Notes: generated from the sequence alone by a model not told the origin. DNA of 64,000 nucleotides from Mobula hypostoma (GCF_963921235.1 NC_086097.1:253954001-254018000), one strand, 5' to 3'. Counted from the stretch's first letter, positions 1-12,804 are shown. Numbers and translations are program-made.

Positions 1-2003
1 ATGGTAGGGTGAAGGAACCATGGGTGACAAGTGAGGTGGAAAATCTAGTCAGGAGGAAGAAGGCAGCATACATGAGGTTTAGGAAGCAAGGATCAGATGG
101 GTCTATTGAGGAATATAGGGAAGCAAGAAAGCAGCTTAAGAAGGGGCTGAGAAGAGCAAGAAGGGGGCATGAGAAGGCCTTGGCGAGTAGGGTAAAGGAA
201 AACCCCAAGGCATTCTTCAATTATGTGAAGAAAAAAAGGATGACAGGAGTGAAGGTAGGACCGATTAGACATAAAGGTGGGAAGATGTGCCTGGAGGCTG
301 TGGAAGTGAGCGAGGTCCTCAATGAATACTTCGGTATTCACCAATGAGAGGGAACTTGATGATGGTGAGGACAATATGAGTGAGGTTGATGTTTTGGAGC
401 ATGTTGATATTAAGGGAGAGGAGGTGTTGGAGTTGTTAAAATACATTAGCACAGATAAGTCCCCGGGGCCTGATGGAATATTCCCCAGGCTGCTCCACCA
501 GGCGAGAGAAGAGATTGCTGAGCCTCTGGCTAGGATCTTTATGTCCTCGTTGTCCACGGGAATGGTACCAGAGGATTGGAGGGAGGTGAATGTTGTTCTC
601 TTGTTCAAAAAAGGTAGTAGGGATAGTCCGGGTAATTATAGACCAGTGAGCCTTACATCTGTGGTGGGAAAGCTGTTGGAAAAGATTCTTAGAGATAGGA
701 TCTATAGGCATTTAGAGAATCATGGTCTGATCGGGGACAGTCAGCATGGCTTTGTGAAGGGCAGATCGCGTCTAACAAGCCTGATAGAGTTCTTTGAGGA
801 GGTGACCAAGCATATAGATGAGGGTAGTGCAGTGGATGTGATCTACATGGATTTTAGTAAGGCATTTGACAAGGTTCCACACAGTAGGCTTATTCAGAAA
901 GTTAGAAGGCATGGGATCCATGGAAATTTGGCCAGGTGGATTCAGAATTGGCTTGCCTGCAGAAGGCAGAGGGTGGTGGTGGAGGGAGTACATTCAGATT
1001 GGAGGATTGTGACTAGTGGTGTCTCACAAGGATCTGTTCTGGGACCTCTACTTTTCGTGATTTTTATTAACGACCTGGATGTGGGGGTAGAAGGGTGGGT
1101 TGGCAAGTTTGCAGACGACACAAAGCTTGGAGGTGTTGTATATAGTGTAGAGGATTGTCGAAGATTGCAGAGAGACATTGATAGGATGCAGAAGTGGGCT
1201 GAGAAGTAGCAGATGGAGTTCAACCCGGAGAAGTGTGAGGTGGTACACTTTGGAAGGACAAACTCCAAGGCAGAGTACAAAATAAATAGCAGGATACTTG
1301 GTAGTGTGGAGGAGCAGAGGGATCTCAGGGTACATGTCCACAGATCCCTGAAAGTTGCCTCACAGATGGATAGGGTAGTTAAGAAAGCTTATGGGCTGTT
1401 AGCTTTCATAAGTCGAGGGATAGAGTTTAAGAGTCGCGATGTAATGATGCAGCTCTATAAAACTCTGGTTAGGCCACACTTGGAGTACTGTGTCCAGTTC
1501 TGGTCACCTCACTATAGGAAGGATGTGGAAGCATTGGAAAGGGTACAGAGGAGATTTACCAGGATGCTGCCTGGTTTAGAAAGTATGTATTATGATCAGA
1601 GATTAAGGGAGCTAGGGCTTTACTCTTTGGAGAGAAGGAGGATGAGAGGAGACATGGTAGAGGTGTACAAGATAATAAGAGGAATAGATAGAGTGGATAG
1701 CCAGCACCTCTTCCCCAGGGCACCACTGCTCAATACAAGAGGACATGGCTTTAAGGTAAGGGGTGAGAAGTTCAAGGGGGATATTAGAGGAAGGTTTTTT
1801 ACTCAGAGAGTGGTTGGTGCGTGGAATGCACTGCCTGAGTCAGTGATGGAGGCAGATACACTAGTGAAGTTTAAGAGACTACTGGACAGGTATATGGAGG
1901 AATCTAAGGTGGGGGCTTATATGGGAGGCAGGGTTTGAGGGTTGGCACAACATTGTGGGCCGAAGGGCCTGTACTGTGCTGTACTATTCTATGTTCTATG
2001 TTC
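1..2003 (+). mobile_element. CR1-clade LINE, ORF2 reverse transcriptase region and 3' end; pseudogenised, runs off the window start
   Basis: ORFs 9-347, 322-1209 and 1213-1938 carry CR1 RT motifs ([52 protein letters not shown]). There is a frameshift near 330-345 and a TAG at 1207-1209. The 3' UTR has GGGCCGAAGGGCC and a (TTCTATG)n tail ending ~2003. Confidence 0.95.
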
Positions 2004-2940
2004 CTAAATTGAGAGAAAATACAAAAAAACTGAGATACAAATGGAGATGTCAGGGGTAAGTTTTTTATGCAGAGTGTTGAGTGTGTGGAATGGGCTGCCA
2101 GCGGTGGTGAAGGCGGAAACGATAAGGTCTTTTAAGAGACTCCGGGATGGATACATGGAGCTTAGAAAAATAGAGGGCTATGGGTAAGCCTTGGTAGTTC
2201 TAAGGTAAGGACATGTTCGGCACAGCTTTGTGGGCTGAAGGGCCTGTATTGAGCTGTAGGTTTTCTATGTTTCTATGTTTCTATAAAGGGACTTGGGAGT
2301 ATTTGCGCAGGATTCCCTTAAGGTTAACTTGCAAGTTCAGTATGTGATGAGGAAGGCAAATGCAACGTTAGCATTAATTTCAACAGGTCTAGAATATAAA
2401 AGGATTTAATGTTGAGACTTTATAAGTGAGGCCTCATTTGGAATATTATGAGCAGTTTTTGGCCTTTTATCTCAGAACAGATGGGCTGAATCTGGAGAGG
2501 CTTAAAAGGAGGTTTACAAAAATAATTCCAGGTTTTTAACGGCTTGTCATTTGAAGGACATTTGATGTCTCTGTATTTACTGGAATTCAGAAGAATGAAG
2601 GGTGACCTCATTGAAACCTATCAGATGGTGATAGTGGATGTGGAGAGGGTGCTTCCTATGGTGGGAGAGTCTAGGACCAGAGGACACAGCCTCAGAATAG
2701 AGAGGCATCCTTTTAGAATGGAGATGAGGAGGAAATTCCTTAGCCAGAGAGCAGTGCAGAAGGCAGATGTGGAGCCCAAGTCTTTATCTATATTTAAGGC
2801 GCAGGTTGACAGATTCTTGATTGCTCAGGATACAGAGAGAAGGCAGGATATTTGGGCTGAGCGGAATATTGGATCGGCCATGATGAAATGGCGGAGAATA
2901 GGCCACATGGCCCAATTCTGCTCCTTCATCTTGTGATCTT
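2004..2940 (+). mobile_element. Older CR1 3' fragment interrupted by a 5'-truncated CR1 tail at ~2041-2284
   Basis: Host ...AAACTGAGATACAA rejoins AAAGGGACTTGGGAG at 2285. The insert ends in (TTTCTATG)n. ORF 2544-2936 is a CR1 ORF2 C-terminus (EFRRMKGDLIETY, RTRGHSLRI). Confidence 0.85.
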
Positions 2941-3145
2941 GTTATTGAAATTCCGGCAAGAGCCTGTGACAAAAGCACTTTGAGCTTCCATTCTTTTCTT
3001 CACCTGGAGATATGCTGAGGAGCTGGAACTCGTGGTAAACATACGTACTTCTGAGTCCTGAATGACAATGATTATTAAATGTATCGTATAAAATCTGTTA
3101 TTAAATACACCAATATATCCCCACCCATATGATGTATTTACTGAC

Positions 3146-3240
3146 TCCTTATGAAGGACTTTAGCCCAAAACATCAACTGTTTATTCCTTTCCATAGATT
3201 TTGCCCGACCTGCTGAGTTCCTCCAGCATTTTGTGCCTGT
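3146..3240 (+). mobile_element. Degenerate Penelope-like pseudo-LTR 3' fragment with a decayed hammerhead motif
   Basis: CTTATGAAGGACTTTAGCCCAAAACATCAACTG...CCTGCTGAGTTCCTCCAGCATTTTGTG aligns with the intact copy at 44766-44856. Confidence 0.75.
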
Positions 3241-3949
3241 TTGTCTTGGCTAGAGTTTGGCTTCACAAAAGGTTAAAGAATTTTGAAATGATGCTTTCCA
3301 AAAGGAAAATGGCCAGTTTGCCTGGGGAGAAAATAACTGTTTTTATATGTTCTGGTGTGGGTGTGGACGATGCAGACAAAGCCAGCTTTTCACTGCTCTT
3401 GAACAGCTGTTATGTCGGAAGTTCCTGGAGTTTGTAACAGTGGTACAGAAGGACAGGCTGTCCATTTCCAACACAAAGGGCTGTATAACCCGAAGGGTCA
3501 GTTCTAGGTGGTCATGCTTCTATGCATTTCCTGACGCTACCTTTGCAGGAATCGGAAAGGACAGGCTAGTGGAATTGAATGAGGCTTGGGCAGACAGTAT
3601 AATCCATCTGAAAATGACTTGGACAAAATGGAGCTGCTAGAGAGGAAGCACTGGGTGCTAAAGACTGGAATGGCTTTCTCTTGTTGGGCTTATAGAGTGT
3701 TACTGCAGTTGTAAGTTATCCAGCAATTTGATCTTAATTCTGGGTCAAGGACTGGAGGTCAGAGTTCTAAGTTCAAAATAACTTTATTGTCGAAGTACAT
3801 ATACGTCACCATGTGATTCATTTTCTTGCGGGCATCTAGAGGAAAATAAGTACCATACAAATTCCTTACAGACAGCAGTGGGAATTGAACCCAGATCGGT
3901 AATCACTGACTCTCTAAAGTGATTGCACTAACTGTTGTGCTACAAACTT

Positions 3950-4484
3950 TTCTCAGACTTCTGAAGAAAGGCATTCTTGTCATAGAGAGAGTACAAAGAA
4001 GGTTCACCAGATTGATTCCTGGGATGGCAGGACTTTCATATGATGAAAGACTGAATCGGCTAGGCTTATACTCTCTGGAATTTAGAAGATTGAGGGGGGA
4101 TCTTATTGAAACGTACAAAATCCTAAAGGGATTGGACAGGCTAGATGCAGGAAGATTGTTCCCGATGTTGGGGAAGTCCAGAACGAGGGGTCACAGTCCG
4201 AGGATAAAGGGGAAGCCTTTTAGGACCGAGATGAGGAAAAACTTCTTCAAAAAAGAGTGGTGAATCCATGGAATTCTCTGCCACAGGAAACTGTTGAGGC
4301 CAGTTCATTGGCTATATTTAAGAGAGAGTTAGATATGGTCCTTGTGGCTAAAGGGATCGGGGCTATGGAGAGAAGGCAGGTACAGGGTTCTGAGTTGGAT
4401 GATCAGCCATGATCATACTGAATGGCGATGCAGGCTCGAAGGGCCGAATGGCCTACTCCTGCACCTATTTTCTATGTTTCTATG
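3950..4484 (+). mobile_element. CR1 LINE 3' fragment
   Basis: ORF 3919-4263 contains ERVQRRFTRLIPG...RTRGH. The 3' UTR has GGGCCGAATGGCC and a (TTTCTATG)n tail. Same subfamily as 35922-39050. Confidence 0.9.
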
Positions 4485-5038
4485 TAAGCTCACCCAGTAC
4501 ATCTGTGCTTCCTGGTTTTGATTGTTTATGACTTCTACTTTATTCTTGAGACCATAGTGTATTTCAATGCTTGTTGCAAATCAGTGAAGGAAGGTGTAAG
4601 AAACACTTTTAACTCACTGTTGATGCTCGTTACACTTTTTCTAAAACTGATACAACTTTCCTGAGTATGCTTCTGGAGTGTAAACCATACTTGAAGTGAG
4701 GAGTTCATTTATATTTCCTTGGGTTCCTCATCCTCACTGACATAAAGAAGAATATTCTATTAGTATTTTCAGTTTGTAAATCACAGGTTAAAGGGCATAT
4801 GTTTCTGATGAACATCCTCAAAATATCCAGCAGATAGTCTAGGACAATTCAAGGAAATTTGCACTCTCAGAGGAGTTGGATTTCAGATCATCTGGTAAAA
4901 ATCTTGGGCAGATGTGAACAATCCCATTGGCAGCACTTCAAGGAATATCGAGAAAGTTCCGTAAAGATTTCTATCCAAAAGTTGTTCCTGAGCAAAATCA
5001 CTGAAACAAATTGTTTGATCAATAAAATGTTGTTAATG

Positions 5039-5161
5039 GGACAAAGACCCGAAAATCTGCAGATGCTGGAGGAACTCAGCAGGTCAGGCAGCAGACTGTT
5101 TACTCTTCTCCATAGATGCTGTCTGGCCTGCTGAGTTCCTCCAGCATTTTGTGTGTGTTAC
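5039..5161. mobile_element. Penelope-derived fold-back fragment with the hammerhead core deleted
   Basis: Inverted arms at 5063-5093 and 5117-5147. Possible TSD TGTTAATG at 5031-5038 and 5162-5169. Confidence 0.7.
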
Positions 5162-5339
5162 TGTTAATGATGGCTTGCTACATATATATTGGCTCCCACA
5201 TTCAAACATGCTTTAGAAATATGGCCATGGTCATGAAACACTTGGAATCATCATGAGATTGTGGAAGATCATATACAAGAGACCTTAGATCATAGCATCG
5301 TAGAGCACAGATAAAGATCATGGTCTACCATGCCCATCC

Positions 5340-6525
5340 ATGTGCAGTGAAGAGCATTGTAACAAGTTCCACCGCTGCATGATATAGGAACTGCACTGTG
5401 GAGGACAGGAAGGCTCTGCAATGGGAATGCTTCACCTGTACCATGGACATATATACAGAAAGGTGCTGGAAAGGGCCAGCAGCATCACAGGAGCCCACCA
5501 CCCTGCTCATGGACTGTTTGTCCCACTCCCATCAGAAAGGAGGGTTTAAGCACATCTACATGAAACGTTGCCGTAGAAAAGCAGCATCCATTATCAAAGA
5601 TCCTCACCACCCAGGCTATGCTCTTTTGGCCATAAGCAGTACTCTATTGGCTCCCTTCCTGGTTACCCTGTATACCTTGGACTTTAGATACAACACTAAG
5701 TCATGTCATCTGTAGAAAGACTCTGATGAGTCAGCAGTTGTTGAATCTATAAAGGGAGGATGGGAGGATGAATGAAAAGAGGATGCTGTCCAAGTTGCAT
5801 GCCATCTTGGACAATGTCTCCCATCCACTACATAATGTACTGGTTGGGCACAGGAGTACATTCAGCCAGAGACTCATTCCTCTGAGATGCAACACAGAGT
5901 GTCATAGGAAGTCATTCCTGCCTGTGGCCATCAAACTTTACAACTCCTCCCTTGGAGGGTCAGACACCCTGAGCAGATAGGCTGGTCCTGGACTTATTTC
6001 ATAATTTACATATTACTATTTAACTATTTATGGTTATATTACTATTTATTATTTATGGTGCAACTGTAATGAAAACCAATTTCCCCCTGGGATCAATGAA
6101 GTATGACTATGACTATGAATACAGGGCCCTGGTGGAGGACTTTGTCAAACGGTGCAAGCTGAGTCATCGGCAGCTCACCATCAGTAAGACAAAGGAGATG
6201 GTGATGGACTTTAGGAAGACGAAGCCTGCACTGCTCCCTGCTATTACTGATGGTGAGGACCTACAAGTACCTGGGGGTGCATCTGGATGACAGAATTGAG
6301 CAGGGAACAACACAGATGCTGTGTACAAGGGCAAGAAACACCTCTATTTCCTGAGGAGAATGAGGTCCTTTAGAGTATGCAGACCTCTCCTTCACATGTT
6401 CTACTGGTCTGTTGTCACCAGTACAATCTCCTATGTGGTGGTGTGTTGGGGCAATGGCATCAATACGGGTGATAGGAGTCAAACTGGCTACACCGGAGGC
6501 TGTGGTAGAACAAGGGACAAGAGCA
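5340..6525 (+). mobile_element. Rex1/Babar-type LINE fragments, with a Rex1-type 3' end nested at 5774-6114
   Basis: Motifs ISKTKEMVMDFRK, LYFLRRMRSF and RKSFLPVAIKLYN. The nested copy has a (TATGAC)n tail and ATGAAT duplicated at 5768-5773 and 6115-6120. Confidence 0.75.
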
Positions 6526-6526
6526 T

Positions 6527-6822
6527 CAGAACATAAGAAACAGGAGCAGGAGTCGGCCATTTGGCCTGTCGAGCCTGCTCTGCCATTCAATAGGATCATG
6601 ACTGATCTGGCCATGGACTCATCTCCACCTACCTGCCTTTTCCCCTTAATCCTTAATTCCCCGACTATACCAAAATCTATCCAACCTCGCCTTAAGTATA
6701 TGTACTGAGGGAGCCTCCACTGCTTCATTGGGCATAGAATTCCACAGATTCATCATTCTCTGGTGAAAAGCAGTTCCTCCTCATCTCCGTCCTAAATCTA
6801 CTCCCCCAAATCTTGAGGCTAT
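6527..6822 (-). mobile_element. CR1 3' end fragment
   Basis: Reverse complement shows a CR1 3' UTR stem (GGCCAAATGGCC) and a TTCTTATGTTCT tail. Confidence 0.75.
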
Positions 6823-7531
6823 ATTAGATTAGATTATGAGGACACTCAGTCCTCGTTTATTGTCATTTAGAAATGCATGCATTAAAAAATGATACAACAT
6901 TGCTCCAGAATGATATCACAAGAAAACACAGGACAAATGCAAGGGCCTGTACTGTGCTGTACTATTCTATGTTCTATGTTAAAACTGACAAAACCACATA
7001 ATTATAACATATAGTTACAACAGTGCAAAGCAATACCTTAATTTGATAAGAGCAGACCATGGGCATGGAAAAAGAAGTCTCAAAGTCCCGATAGCCCCAT
7101 CATCTCATGCAGACGGTAGAAGGGAGGAACTCTCCCTGCCATGAACCTCCAAGAGCCGCAAACTTGCCGATGCAGCACCATTGGAAGCACCCGACCGCAG
7201 CGGACTCTGAGTCCGTCCGAAAACTTCGAGCCTCCGACCAGCCCCTCCGACACAGCCTCTCCGAGCACCAGCCTCTGCCGAGCGCTTCGACCCCGTCCCG
7301 GCCGCCAAGCAACAAGCAAAGCCGAGGACTCGGGGCCTTCTCCTCTGGAGATTTCAGATCACACAGTAGCAGCAGCAGCGAAGCAGGTATTTCAGAAGTT
7401 ACACCAGATGTTCCTCTGTGCTCTCATGTCCATCTCCATCAAATCAGGATTGTGCACGGCACCCTTCTTGACAAATAACAGACATCACCACCGGAGTGGC
7501 CGCTGTGAGCTACGACGCGCCGCTATCTTCA
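6823..7531 (-). mobile_element. ~700-bp non-autonomous LINE-derived element, copy 1 of 3
   Basis: GC-rich 5' end (AAGATAGCGGCGCGTCG), AATAAA and a (TAATC)n tail on the minus strand. Colinear with 51588-52208 and 59786-60468. Contains a 40-bp CR1 tail insertion at 6941-6980. Confidence 0.8.
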
Positions 7532-9317
7532 ATGGAAAATCCTGACAATTCTGGACAATGTTTCTCACCCTCTGCATGCCAGCTTGGCTAAACAGAGGAG
7601 CACTTTTAGTAATAGACCAAGACAACTGCACTGCTCTAAAGATGAGGTCACTCTTACCCTCAGCAATAGGCTCTATAATGAGGCAACCTATAACTGGGGA
7701 AGTGATGAACCCCTCCTGTTAGACTGCTCATGGTAACTTGTTTTTTATTCTTTCTACTTCCCTTCTAATATCTATATCTGTGCACTGGTAATGCTACTGT
7801 GACCTTGCAGTTCCCTTTGGGATCAGTAGAGTATCTATCTATCCTTTCTTGTTGCTACCACCAGGTGGAAGGAATACATGCCTCAGGATTCAAATGACCA
7901 GGTTCGAGCAGCTGCTACCCCACAACCATCAGGCTCGTGAGTGAAGGGAGGAGACAGCATACTGTTTGTCTCTGAGTGACATCAACTGCATGTGATGTTT
8001 CTCAGTTCCAGTCGTCAGACTAGCTCAGCACAATGTTTCATTGGGCCAGTGTGGACCCACTCTTTCTCAACGATTAAATCATGGACCAATGAGAACAGCA
8101 CTTAACAGGTTTAACACAAGAGGTTAATCAAGGAATATTGGCTAGCAGTTTAACTTTGTCAAAAACAACTGTTTGACCCTGGAAACATCAGCTTGCTGTG
8201 TGCGAAATCTGAGGTTATCAATGATCCCATGGGTCCTGGAAAGTGACTATCCATCATATATAAAACCTCAGGTAGGTTACAGCTGGAGAACTATGCACAA
8301 TTCTGGTGGCCACACAAAAGTAAATATTATGTGGTTGAGAGAGATAATAAATCAGCCAGGATGGCAACCAATATCAAAGAAGATACCAGAAGTTTTTTTA
8401 AGTATGTAAAGGGTAAAAGAGAGTTGAAGGTAGATATAGGACCGATAGAAAATGATGCTGGAGATATTGTAATGAGAGATGCAGAGATGGCAGAGGAACT
8501 GAATGCGTATTTTGCATCAGTCTTCACAGTGGAAGACAGCTGCAGTATACCAGACATTCAAGAGTGTCAGGGAAGTGAAGTATGTGCAGTGAAAATTACG
8601 ACTGAGAAGGTGCTCAGGAAGCTTAATGGTCTGAGGATGGATAAATTTCCTGGACCTGATGGAATGCACCCTCAGGTTCTGAAGGAAGTAGCTGGAGAGA
8701 TTCAGGAAGCATTAACAACGATCTTCCAAGAATCGATAGATTCTGTCATTGTACCAGATGGCTGGAAAACTGCAGATGTGACTCTGCTATTTAAGAAGAG
8801 CGGGAGACAGCAGAAAAGAAACTATAGACCTGTTAGCCAGACATCAGTGGTTGGGAAGCTGTTGGAATCGATTGTTAGGAATGAGATTATGGAATACCTG
8901 GAGCACATGATAAGATAGGCCAAAGCCAGCATGGTTTCCTGAAAGGAAAATCCTGCCTGACTAACCTACTGCAATTTTTTGAGGAGCAATTACAAGCAGG
9001 GTAGACAAAAGAGATGCAGTAGATCTGCTGTACTTGGATTTTCAGAAGGCCTTTGATAAGGTGCTGCACCTGAGGCTGCTTAGCAAGATAAGAGCCCATG
9101 GAATTACAGGGAAGTTACTAGCATGAGTGGAGCATTGGCTGGTCGGCAGAAAACAGAGAGTGGGAATAAAGGGATTCTATTCTGGCTGACTGCCAGTTAC
9201 CAGTGGAGTTCCACAAGGGTTGGTGTTGGGACCACTACTTTTTACGATGTATGTCAATGATTTGGACATTATAGGATTAATGGATTTGTGGCTAAATTTG
9301 CCGATGATACAAAGATA

Positions 9318-11780
9318 GAACATAGAATAGTACAGCACAGTACAGGCCCTTTGGCCCACAATGTTGTGCCGACCCTTAAACCCTGCCTCCCATAAAACCC
9401 CCACCTTAAATTCCTCCATATACCTATCTAGTAGTCTCTTAAACTTCACTAGTGTATCTGCCTCCACCACTGACTCAGGCAGTGCATTCCACGCACCAAT
9501 CACTCTCTGAGCAAAAAACCTTCCTCTAATATCCCCCTTGAACTTCCCACCCCTTACCTTAAAGCCATGTCCTCTTGTATTGAGCAGTGGTGCCCTGGGG
9601 AAGAGGCACTGGCTATCTACTCTATCTATTCCTCTTATTATCTTGTACACCTCTATCATGTCTCCTCTTATCCTCCTTCTCTCCAAAGAGTAAAGCCCTA
9701 GCTCCCTTAATCTCTGATCATAATGCATACTCCCTAAACCAGGCAGCATCCTGGTAAATCTCCTTTGTACCCTTTCCAATGCTAGAACTGGATACAGGAC
9801 TCCAAGTGTGGCCTAACCAGAGTTTTATAGAGCTGCAAACATGAGGAATTCTGCAGATGCTGGAAATTCAAGCAACACACATCAAAGTTGCTGGTGAATG
9901 CAGCAGGCCAGGCAGCATCTCGAGGAAGAGGTACAGTCGACGTTTCGGGCCGAGACCCTTCATCTCAGGGTCTTGGCCCGAAACATCGACTGTACCTCTT
10001 CCTAGAGATGCTGCCTGGCCTGCTGCATTCACCAGCAACTTTGATGTGAGTTGCTTTTATAGAGCTGCATCATTACCCTGCAACTCTTAAACTCTATCCC
10101 TCGACTTATGAAAGCTAACACCCCATAAGCTTTCTTAACTGCCCTATCCACCTGTGAGGCAACTTTCAGGGATCTGTGGACATGTACACCCAGATCCCTC
10201 TGCTCCTCCACACTACCAAGTATCCTGCCATTTACTTTGTACTCTGCCTTGGAGTTTGTCCTTCCAAAGTGTACCATCTCACACTTCTCCGGGTTGAACT
10301 CCATCTGCTACTTCTCAGCCCACTTCTGCATCCTATCAATGTCTCTCTGCAATCTTCGACAATCCTCTACACTATATACAACACCACCAAGCTTTGTGTT
10401 GTCTGCAAACTTGCCAACCCACCCTTCTACCCCACATCCAGGTCGTTAATAAAAATCATGAAAAATAGAGGTCCCAGAACCGAACCTTATGGGATACCAC
10501 TAGTCACAACCCTCCAATCTGAATGTACGCTCTCCACCACGACCCTCTGCTTTCTGCAGACAAACCAATTCTGAATCCACCTGGCCAAACTTCCCTGGAT
10601 CCCATGCCTTCTGACTTTCTGAATAAGCCTACCATGTGGAACCTTGTCAAATGCCTTACTAAAATCCATATAGATCACATCCACTGCACTACCCTCATCT
10701 ATATGCCCGGTCACCTCCTCAAAGAACTCTATCAGGCTTGTTAGACACGATCTGCCCTTCACAAAGCCATGCTGACTGTCCTTGATCAGACCATGATTCT
10801 CTAAATCCCATAGATCCTATCTCTAAAAATCTTTTCCAACAGCTTTCCCACCACAGACTCAAGCCTCACTGGTCTGTAATTACCCGGACTATCCCTACTA
10901 TCTTTTTTGAATAAGGGGACAACATTTGCCTCCCTCCAGTCCTCCAGTACTATTCCTGTAGACAACGAGGACATAAAGATCCTAGCCAAAGGCTCAGCAA
11001 TCTCTTCCCTCGCCTCGTGGAGCAGCCTGGGGAATATTCTGTCAGGCCCCAGGGACTTATCCGTCACCTCCAACAGTATCCAGGATGGTAAACTTATTAT
11101 TCAGGGGAATGGCTACAGGGGTGCTCTGCACTACCTGTCTGCTCACCTTCACTTTCCCCCCTCTGACTGTCACCCAACGACCTGCTTCCGACAGCCTAGG
11201 TGTGACTACCTCCCTGTAGCTCTCATCTATGACTGCCTCATTCTCCCTTATGAGTCGAAGGTCATCCAGCTGCTGCTCCAGATTCCTTACACGGTCTTCC
11301 AGATCACCCAGCCGTATGCACTTCTGGCAGATGTGACTCTGCGGGAGAGGGGCGTTCCCCCAAGACTGCCACATCTCACATGAGAGGCACATCACCGTCT
11401 CAGGAGGCTGACTGGGGACTAACTGGGAACAAGTTCGTCCTCCGCCTCTTCTCGTCGAAGCCTCTCGAGTCAAAGCCTCAAAGCTCCACTCCTTCACTGG
11501 CCCACTCACGCATTGGCCGCTTCGCTTGAGCTACCCCTCTATTTATTTGTTTGAGCTGTCCAAACTGCTTGGTCACCTGACCTTGATTGCCCAATCAGCT
11601 GCTTTCTGCTAAATCTGAGCTATTCAAATCTTGATTGACTTGATTGCACAGTACAACTGCCAAAACTGCCAGAATCTCTCGAGTCAAAGCCTCAAAGCTC
11701 CACTCCTTCACTGGCCCACTCACTCACTCACCGCTTTCCACAGGCTGCTCCGCCTGAGCTATCCCTCTATTTATTTGTTT
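9318..11780 (-). mobile_element. CR1 LINE with 5' UTR, ORF1 N-terminus and ORF2 RT; large internal deletion
   Basis: ORF 11057-11509 (CLSCEM...CQKC, LEDRVRNLEQQL, WVTV, PLNNKF) is a CR1 ORF1 Zn-finger/coiled-coil region. It is joined at ~11061 directly to DKSLGPD of ORF2. RT ORFs 10801-11073, 10487-10762, 10029-10304 and 9177-9779. Tail at ~9318. Close relative of 1-2003. Confidence 0.9.
9838..10054. mobile_element. Penelope-derived fold-back mini-element with a 15-bp TSD
   Basis: ~90-bp inverted arms at 9870-9959 and 9967-10056 (the last 2 bp overlap the TSD). TTTTATAGAGCTGCA is duplicated at 9823-9837 and 10055-10069. Both arms hold the 3' half of a hammerhead, GGGTCT(C/T)GGCCCGAAAC(G/A)TCGACT. 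Confidence 0.9.
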
Positions 11781-12804
11781 GAGGAACGGGTAGTGTTGAG
11801 GAAACAGAAAGCCTGCAGAGAGACTTAGATAGTTTAGGGGAATGGGCAAAGAACTGGCAAATGAAATACAATGTCGGAAAGTGTATGGTCATGCACTTTG
11901 GTGGAAGAAATAAATAGGCAGACTATTATTTAGATGGCGAGAGAATTCAAAATGCAGAGATGCAAAGGGACTTGGGAGTCCTTGTGCAGGATACCCTAAA
12001 GGTTAACCTCCAGGCTGAGTCAGTGGTGAAGAAGGCAAATGCAATGTTGGATTTCATTTCTAGAGGTATAGAATATAAGAGCAGGGATGTGATGTTGAGG
12101 CTCTATAAGGCACTTGTGAGACCACATTTGGAGTATTGTGTGCAGTTTTGGGCTCCTTATTTTAGAAAAGATATACTGACATTGGAGAGGGTTCAGAGAA
12201 GATTCATGAGAATGATTCCAGGAATGAAAGGGTTACTGTATGAGGAACGTCTGGCAGCTCTTGGGCTGTATTCCCTGGAGTTCAGGAGAATGAGGGGGGA
12301 TCTCATAGAAACATTCCAAATGTTAAAAGGCCTGAACAGATTAGATATGGCAAAGTTATTTCTCATGGTAGGGGAGTCCAGGACAAAAGGGCACGACTTC
12401 AGGATTGAAGGACGTCCATTTGGAACAGAGATGTGGAGAAGTTACTACAGTCAGGGGGAGGTAAATATATAGAATTTGTTGCCAAGAACAGCTATGGAGG
12501 CCAAATTATCAGGTGCATTTAAGGCAGAGATAGATAGGTTCTTGATTAGACAGGGCATCAAAGGGTATGGAGAAAAGGCAGGGTAGTGGGGATGACTGGA
12601 AGAATTGGATCAGCCCATGATTGAATAGCAGAGCAGACTCAATGGGCCGAATGGCCTAATTTTGCTCCTCTGTCTTCCTAAATGTGTAGGATAGTTAACT
12701 ATGTCAGACCATGTTGGGATTAACAGAAATGAAGTTACAGACATTCTAGCCAAGCAATCACTAAAAATTAAAGATATAAATGTTGTGATGCCTTTCTGTA
12801 AAGA

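Larger units (their letters stand above)
8331..12680 (+). mobile_element. CR1 LINE ORF2 pseudogene, split by a minus-strand CR1 insertion
   Basis: ORFs 8331-8918 and 11960-12472. The RT motif region FADDTKIG at ~9297-9318 resumes as GAGGAACGGGTAGTGTTGAGG at 11781. Confidence 0.9.

Noticed and set aside
322..1938. Long RT ORFs as a retron, DGR, group II intron or domesticated gene
   Set aside because: The motifs and 3' tails are CR1 LINE. The copies carry stops and frameshifts and are highly repeated in the window.
3003..3058. Possible 54-nt minus-strand host exon (DSEVRMFTTSSSSSAYLQ) between AG and GT
   Set aside because: No recognisable protein match and no supporting neighbouring exons. 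It needs RNA-seq or TBLASTN.
7990..8025. Minus-strand CTGACGA...GAAACATC hammerhead-like spacing
   Set aside because: Stems I and II do not pair, and the homolog at 17579-17603 lacks the core.
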